From an uncultured Verrucomicrobiae bacterium (lineage in GTDB: Bacteria; Verrucomicrobiota; Verrucomicrobiia; Limisphaerales; Palsa-1400): a stretch of 64,000 nucleotides of DNA. The position numbers and the translations under genes are program-made. The notes under the pieces are model-generated. The model did no database searches. It saw only the letters and a program-made list of their open reading frames with translations, and was not told the DNA's origin. The first letter of the stretch is position 1; every line of letters begins with the position of its first letter. Below, piece after piece: positions 60,201-64,000 of this stretch. The stretch spans positions 3,296,001 through 3,360,000 of the forward strand of contig CAVXRD010000002.1 in the NCBI GenBank assembly GCA_963764165.1, written 5' to 3'.

Positions 60201-60485
60201 GGGCTGAAAATAAACTTTGATCAGGCTCACGCCAGTCAGTGATCGCGACTCCATGTGGTCGATGCCAGAAGCCAATGTGAACATGCGCTCGAACTGTCCG
60301 GTGATGTCGTTTTCAATCTGCTCCGGCGGCATGCCCGAATAAAAGGTGGCGACAACGATGACGGGAATTTTAATCGGTGGGAACAAATCCACTGGCATTC
60401 TCATCAAACTCACCACGCCCACCACGCAAGTAATGAGGCAGATGACAATAATAAAATACGGGTAACGAATGGCGAACCGTGACAT
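57240..60485 (-). CDS. RND efflux permease (AcrB/CusA superfamily)
   Basis: MPVDLFPPI, IDNSVVVLENI, RLRPVLMTTLAT; 1081 aa. Confidence 0.95.
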   Translation of the reverse strand: MSRFAIRYPYFIIVICLITCVVGVVSLMRMPVDLFPPIKIPVIVVATFYSGMPPEQIENDITGQFERMFTLASGIDHMESRSLTGVSLIKVYFQPGTDPQSDAAAVANLSLATLRYLPPGTLPPIVMPFDASSLPVCLVTLKGEGLSESQLREQGQFNLRNQLAGVPGASLPPAFGGKYRQIMVYVDPAKLEAHGLSVMDVVHKVNEANLILPSGDIKIGPYDYNVYANGQINAMKDINMVPLKTEGEASVLVADVGKAVDSSQIQVNKVRINGQASVYLPVLKLGGDANTIKVVDGISEGIKNLVNVPKQLVAQVVFDQSVFVKAAIENLIHEGAIGLVLTGIMILVFLGSPRATLAVFLSIPLSALATFIALALGGSSVNAMILGGLALAFSRLIDNSVVVLENIFRHLEMGAPPEAAAERGGEEVALPVLAATLTLVVVLFPVIMLYGVSKYLFSALGLSLVLSLFASYFVAMTVVPLFCANLMKAHQADEELGTPPREDAPKPKGWGARFNAWFNKKFARLLATYDRALSFALLRPIVTILLITGLFLISLLLYPLIGKSYFPRTDPSQFVINVKAASGTRIELTDELVGKVEQIIREVVPTNEIKIIVSNIGIQPGFSAILTPNSAPHTAFVQVGLNAGHALSSFEYMDRVRARMARELPQVSGYFQTGGLVDAIVNQGMPAPVDVQISSQDMNAAHAIATQIAREARKLDGVGDVLVPQDVDYPSLKMDVDRERASELGLSAKEVVDSLITSLSSDVMIAPSYWIDPKSGNPYFLSVQYPENLVRSIEDLGSMPLRSLNPPGPASPMHRHSDFDSRSIQDPHDTAPTRLDSVVHFSHILAPTEVDHYQIQKTVDVYVAPKGEDLSRIYDGVQKIIGRTHLPENMKIAVRGSVQSMRESFHSFSIGIALSVVLVYLILVAQFKSFVDPFLILLAVPPGLTGVMLILYLTNTPISVMALMGMILVVGISVSDSILIVDFINRLREEGKTLREAVTLGPRVRLRPVLMTTLATLIGLIPMAMKLGEGGEAYAPLARAVIGGLAVSAVQTIFLVPCAYLLIHGILHARRSNKLAANSAT

Positions 60486-60491
60486 AAAGAG

Positions 60492-61691
60492 TTATTGCTC
60501 CCCTTTCGGAATGGCCCAGTTCGTCTGCGCGCCCGGCCAAGGTTTGGTTGCCACTTTGTCGCCCGCGTGAAGTTGGGATTGATTGCCGATCACGACTTTT
60601 TCTCCCTCCTTCAACCCTCCCGTCACTTCGTAGCGGTTGGGCGTTTCCAACCCCAGAGTGACGACGCGCTCCTCGATTTGATTGTCCGAGTTAACCACAT
60701 CCACCGTGCTTCTCCTTGCGCTGGCCACCGCCTCGGTGGGAATAGCCAGCACGTTGGAATGATGTTCCACCTCCAAGACCACCGAAGCATACATGCCCGG
60801 CTTGATTTTTAGATCCGGGTTCTTCACCTCGATTTCGGTCGTCATCGTCCGTGTGGCATCATCGACCTGTTGCGTGAAGCGGGTCACTTTGGCTTCGAAT
60901 GTTTCGTTTCCCAGGGATTCCACCCGCACCGTCACCGTCGCGCCAAGCTCCACGTCCTTCACGTATTTGACTGACACTGGAAAATCCAGCCGCAGCAGGT
61001 AATTGTCGGCCACGCGAACCAATGCCCGCGCTTGGCCGGAGGAAGTGCCCGCCTGGATGAGCGCGCCGGGGTCGGCCGACCTCCACGTGACCACGCCGTC
61101 AAAAGGCGCGGTAATTTGCGTGTAACCGAAGAGTGTTTGATATTTCTCCACATCTGCTTTGGCGGAAGCCACTGCCGCCTGATTCATGCTGTCCTTGGCT
61201 CGCGCGGTGTCGATGTCCTGCTCGGCGACAAGATTGGGATGCTCCTTGTTGACATCAACAAGGCGGGTATAGATGAGATGGGCGTTGGTGTAATCGGCTT
61301 CCGCGCGATGTTCGGCGGCAATGGAGGCATCCAACTCGGCCTTCAATTCGGGAACTTCGAGCACGGCCAGCAATTGATTGGATTTGACCACATCACCAAA
61401 ATCGACGGTGATCGTTTTCAGGTAGCCCGACACTTTGGCATTCAACTCGGCTTCGACATAGGGGCGGAACTCGGCGGGTATGGTGACTTCGTTGTACAAG
61501 TCCTGGCGCTCAACGGTGGCTACCGCCACGGTGCGCTCAGGCGTTTCCGTTGGGCGGGCAACGGCATCGCGTCTTCTCAACATCCACACGCAAAACACCA
61601 CCAGCGCGAGAATGACGATGGCAATGGTCCACGAAGTTTTGCGACTTCGCCGCGGATGAGTTGTGTCTGGCTGAGGTTCGTGCTCGCTCAT
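60492..61691 (-). CDS. RND membrane fusion protein
   Basis: AKVSGYLKTITVDFGDVV, ITAPFDGVVT, IKPGMYA; start overlaps the kinase stop. Confidence 0.92.
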   Translation of the reverse strand: MSEHEPQPDTTHPRRSRKTSWTIAIVILALVVFCVWMLRRRDAVARPTETPERTVAVATVERQDLYNEVTIPAEFRPYVEAELNAKVSGYLKTITVDFGDVVKSNQLLAVLEVPELKAELDASIAAEHRAEADYTNAHLIYTRLVDVNKEHPNLVAEQDIDTARAKDSMNQAAVASAKADVEKYQTLFGYTQITAPFDGVVTWRSADPGALIQAGTSSGQARALVRVADNYLLRLDFPVSVKYVKDVELGATVTVRVESLGNETFEAKVTRFTQQVDDATRTMTTEIEVKNPDLKIKPGMYASVVLEVEHHSNVLAIPTEAVASARRSTVDVVNSDNQIEERVVTLGLETPNRYEVTGGLKEGEKVVIGNQSQLHAGDKVATKPWPGAQTNWAIPKGEQ

Positions 61692-63112
61692 AGGTATTTT
61701 TTTGAAGTGACTTGAGCCAGCGGCAACTCGATTCGGAAGACGCTGCCACTCCCTTCGTTGCTTGTCACATCCACCCGGCCGCCGTGGGCCACGCAAATCG
61801 ACTTGACAATGGCCAGCCCCAAACCGGCTCCGCCCGCATCGCGCGAACGCGCTTTATCCACGCGATAAAAACGCTCGAAAATATGCGGCAGCGCGCTGGC
61901 TGGAATGCCAATGCCCGTATCCTCCACTTCGATGACGGCTTTGCCATCGCGGGCATGCACGCGAAGATGGATCGACCCGCCCGCCGGCGTGTATTTGATG
62001 GCGTTGTCCAACAGATTGACCACGACCTGTTTGATTCGGGCGCGGTCGCCTTCCACGCTAACGTCACCCTCCGCCTGGCAGGCCACGGCCACTTCCTTGT
62101 CTTCCGCCAATAACGACATTTGCTCAGTCGTGCCGGCCGCCAGCGAAGCCAAATCGAATCGCTCCCATGTTTGCTGCGCCTCCCCGCCGTCGAGCCGCGA
62201 AATGGCAAACAGGGCGTCCACGATTTTTGCCAGGCGGTCCACTTCCTCCAAAGCGCTGCCTGCCCGGTCTCTCAATTCCGGCAAGGCGCTGGCTTGCTCC
62301 ACGACGCTTTCCATTTCGCCGCGCAAGGCGGCCAGCGGTGTGCGAAGCTCGTGCGATGCATCCGCCAGGAAACGGCGGTTCTGCTCCAGCGCCTCGCTCA
62401 AACGGACGATCATGCGGTTGAGCGCCAGCGACAATCGCTCCAATTCATCGCCGGTGTTGGTGAGCGCCAGCCGCCCGTTCAAATTATGCAGAGTGATTTG
62501 TTCGGCGCTGCGGGCAATTTGCTCCACGGGCGCCAGCGCGCGGCCGACTAATACAAAACCGCCTCCCACCGCCACCAAACCCAGCAGAGGCACGCCGAGC
62601 AGCAGCGACATTCGCATGTGGGACAAAGTTGTTTCGATGGGCGCCATAGGTCCGGCACTCTCAATAAGCAAACGCCTCCCACTGCTCGCCGGCACGACCC
62701 TGAGTGTCACCATCAATTTGCTTTCATCTGCAAGCGGCTCTTTCACGACTGCGCCGTCGCGAACCACAGTGGCCGCCAGCGGCCGCAAACTCGATGGATC
62801 AAAACTCGCTGTCCGCCCGGAAGCGTAGAGCACGCTTCCATCCGGGCGGGTGATGCGAATGAATCGATCCGATTTCTCCGGCGCATAGCGAGTCGCAATC
62901 TGCTCAGCGACATAACGCTCGCCTGTCTTGTCGATCTCGCTCAGCAGCGAAAGAGCGATCTGATCTGAGCGCCGGAAAAGCAACTGCGCCAAATTGCTCT
63001 CCAGATGATCCCGAAGAACCTGGTAGAGCGCGACGCTGAATAACAGGAACGCGCCTGTCAACAACCCGGCGTACCAGATAATCAAGCGAAAGCGAATGGA
63101 ACGGGGATTCAT
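61688..63112 (-). CDS. CusS/CzcS-like sensor histidine kinase with HAMP domain
   Basis: Two TM helices, DELERL, ADASHELRTPL, NAIKY, FYRVDKARSR, GLGLAI. Confidence 0.93.
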   Translation of the reverse strand: MNPRSIRFRLIIWYAGLLTGAFLLFSVALYQVLRDHLESNLAQLLFRRSDQIALSLLSEIDKTGERYVAEQIATRYAPEKSDRFIRITRPDGSVLYASGRTASFDPSSLRPLAATVVRDGAVVKEPLADESKLMVTLRVVPASSGRRLLIESAGPMAPIETTLSHMRMSLLLGVPLLGLVAVGGGFVLVGRALAPVEQIARSAEQITLHNLNGRLALTNTGDELERLSLALNRMIVRLSEALEQNRRFLADASHELRTPLAALRGEMESVVEQASALPELRDRAGSALEEVDRLAKIVDALFAISRLDGGEAQQTWERFDLASLAAGTTEQMSLLAEDKEVAVACQAEGDVSVEGDRARIKQVVVNLLDNAIKYTPAGGSIHLRVHARDGKAVIEVEDTGIGIPASALPHIFERFYRVDKARSRDAGGAGLGLAIVKSICVAHGGRVDVTSNEGSGSVFRIELPLAQVTSKKYL

Positions 63113-63789
63113 GCCGCGCCTTCATCGCTGATGGAATATCCGACGCCGCGCACCGTTTGGATCAGTTTTTTCGCATGCGGATCATCCAGCTTGCTCCGCA
63201 AGTGGCGGACATAGACATCCACAATATTGGTGAGGCCCTGGAAGCTTTCATCCCAAACGTGCTCAATGATCATCGTTCGCGAAACGACCCTGCCCGCGTT
63301 CGCGGAAAGGTATTCGAGCAGGCTATATTCCTTGGGCGTGAGTTCGATCCGTTTACCGGCCCGCCTTGCCTGCTGTTTTTGGCGGTCGATTTCCAAATCG
63401 CCTATCCGAAGAAGGCTGGCCCGGTCCGGGGACCCGCGCCGCAATAGCGCCTTGACGCGCACCAAAAATTCGTCAAAAGCAAAGGGCTTGGTCAAATAAT
63501 CATCGGCTCCCGCCTCGAAATTTTCCACCTTTTCGGCGGTGCCGGCGCGCGCGGTCAGCACCAAAACCGGCACTTGCGAACCTCGCCGCCGGATTCGCTT
63601 AAGAACTTCGAGTCCGCTCAAGCCAGGCAGCATCAAATCAAGAACCACCAGATCGTAGCTGCACGTGCTGGCCATGTCCCAGCCGGATTGGCCGTCATTG
63701 ACCACATCCACGGCGAACCGCTGGTCGCGCAACCCCCGCGCGACAAATTCAGCCACCTTCCGCTCGTCTTCGATCACCAATATTCTCAT
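63109..63789 (-). CDS. OmpR-family (CusR-like) response regulator
   Basis: IED, LDLMLP, GADDYLTKPF, TNIVDVYVRHLR, TVRGVGY. Confidence 0.95.
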   Translation of the reverse strand: MRILVIEDERKVAEFVARGLRDQRFAVDVVNDGQSGWDMASTCSYDLVVLDLMLPGLSGLEVLKRIRRRGSQVPVLVLTARAGTAEKVENFEAGADDYLTKPFAFDEFLVRVKALLRRGSPDRASLLRIGDLEIDRQKQQARRAGKRIELTPKEYSLLEYLSANAGRVVSRTMIIEHVWDESFQGLTNIVDVYVRHLRSKLDDPHAKKLIQTVRGVGYSISDEGAA

Positions 63790-64000
63790 GCCTTTGCACT
63801 ATCTGACAGGATGGACATTAAAACCTGCTGAATAATACATTAAATTCCATTCAGAATTCGATTGTGGAGTGAAGCGGCGCCAAGCCAGGGCATGGCCTGT
63901 CCGAAGTTGCCCTTTGAAATCGCTGTTGAGCAAGAATCCGATGCTCAACGGTTGGTGAAAGCCCCTGCCGCCCCTAAAGGAACGGATTTGTGGGCGATGA

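Overview
GC-rich bacterial chromosomal window. Gene content and repeat style suggest Verrucomicrobiota (Pedosphaera/Limisphaera-like); this is inference. Ordinary content: ilvD (5' truncated), dciA-like gene, a complete cbb3 oxidase cluster with fused ccoNO, tRNA-His, a Ski2-like helicase, large secreted Ig-repeat proteins, rsfS-nadD, cstA, folP-dacA-ybbR, Mn-SOD, an OPT transporter, a PLD, GTP-PEPCK, an M14 peptidase, one IS5-family element and a two-component system plus RND efflux operon. Three things stand out. (1) A ~880-nt region with no credible protein ORF (minus strand, ~26524 to 25644) has its own extended -10 promoter, a boxA-like leader, many GNRA-capped hairpins and a terminator. 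It is a candidate giant ornate ncRNA (GOLLD/ROOL-like or new), preceded by five DnaA-box-like nonamers and near a PUR-domain RNA-binding protein gene. (2) A 6-kb convergent cassette array between cstA and ybbR (31.4-37.4 kb) carries three toxin-antitoxin pairs and gene fragments. Several cargos start right after an AAAAGTGCAAAAAGTG motif, and 300-400 bp of the preceding sequence is duplicated repeatedly; no recombinase is encoded there. (3) Two MITEs share a covarying double-hairpin core but have different terminal repeats, and one has its empty site visible in the window. Two single-base frameshifts in G runs may be assembly errors. No database searches or folding programs were run.
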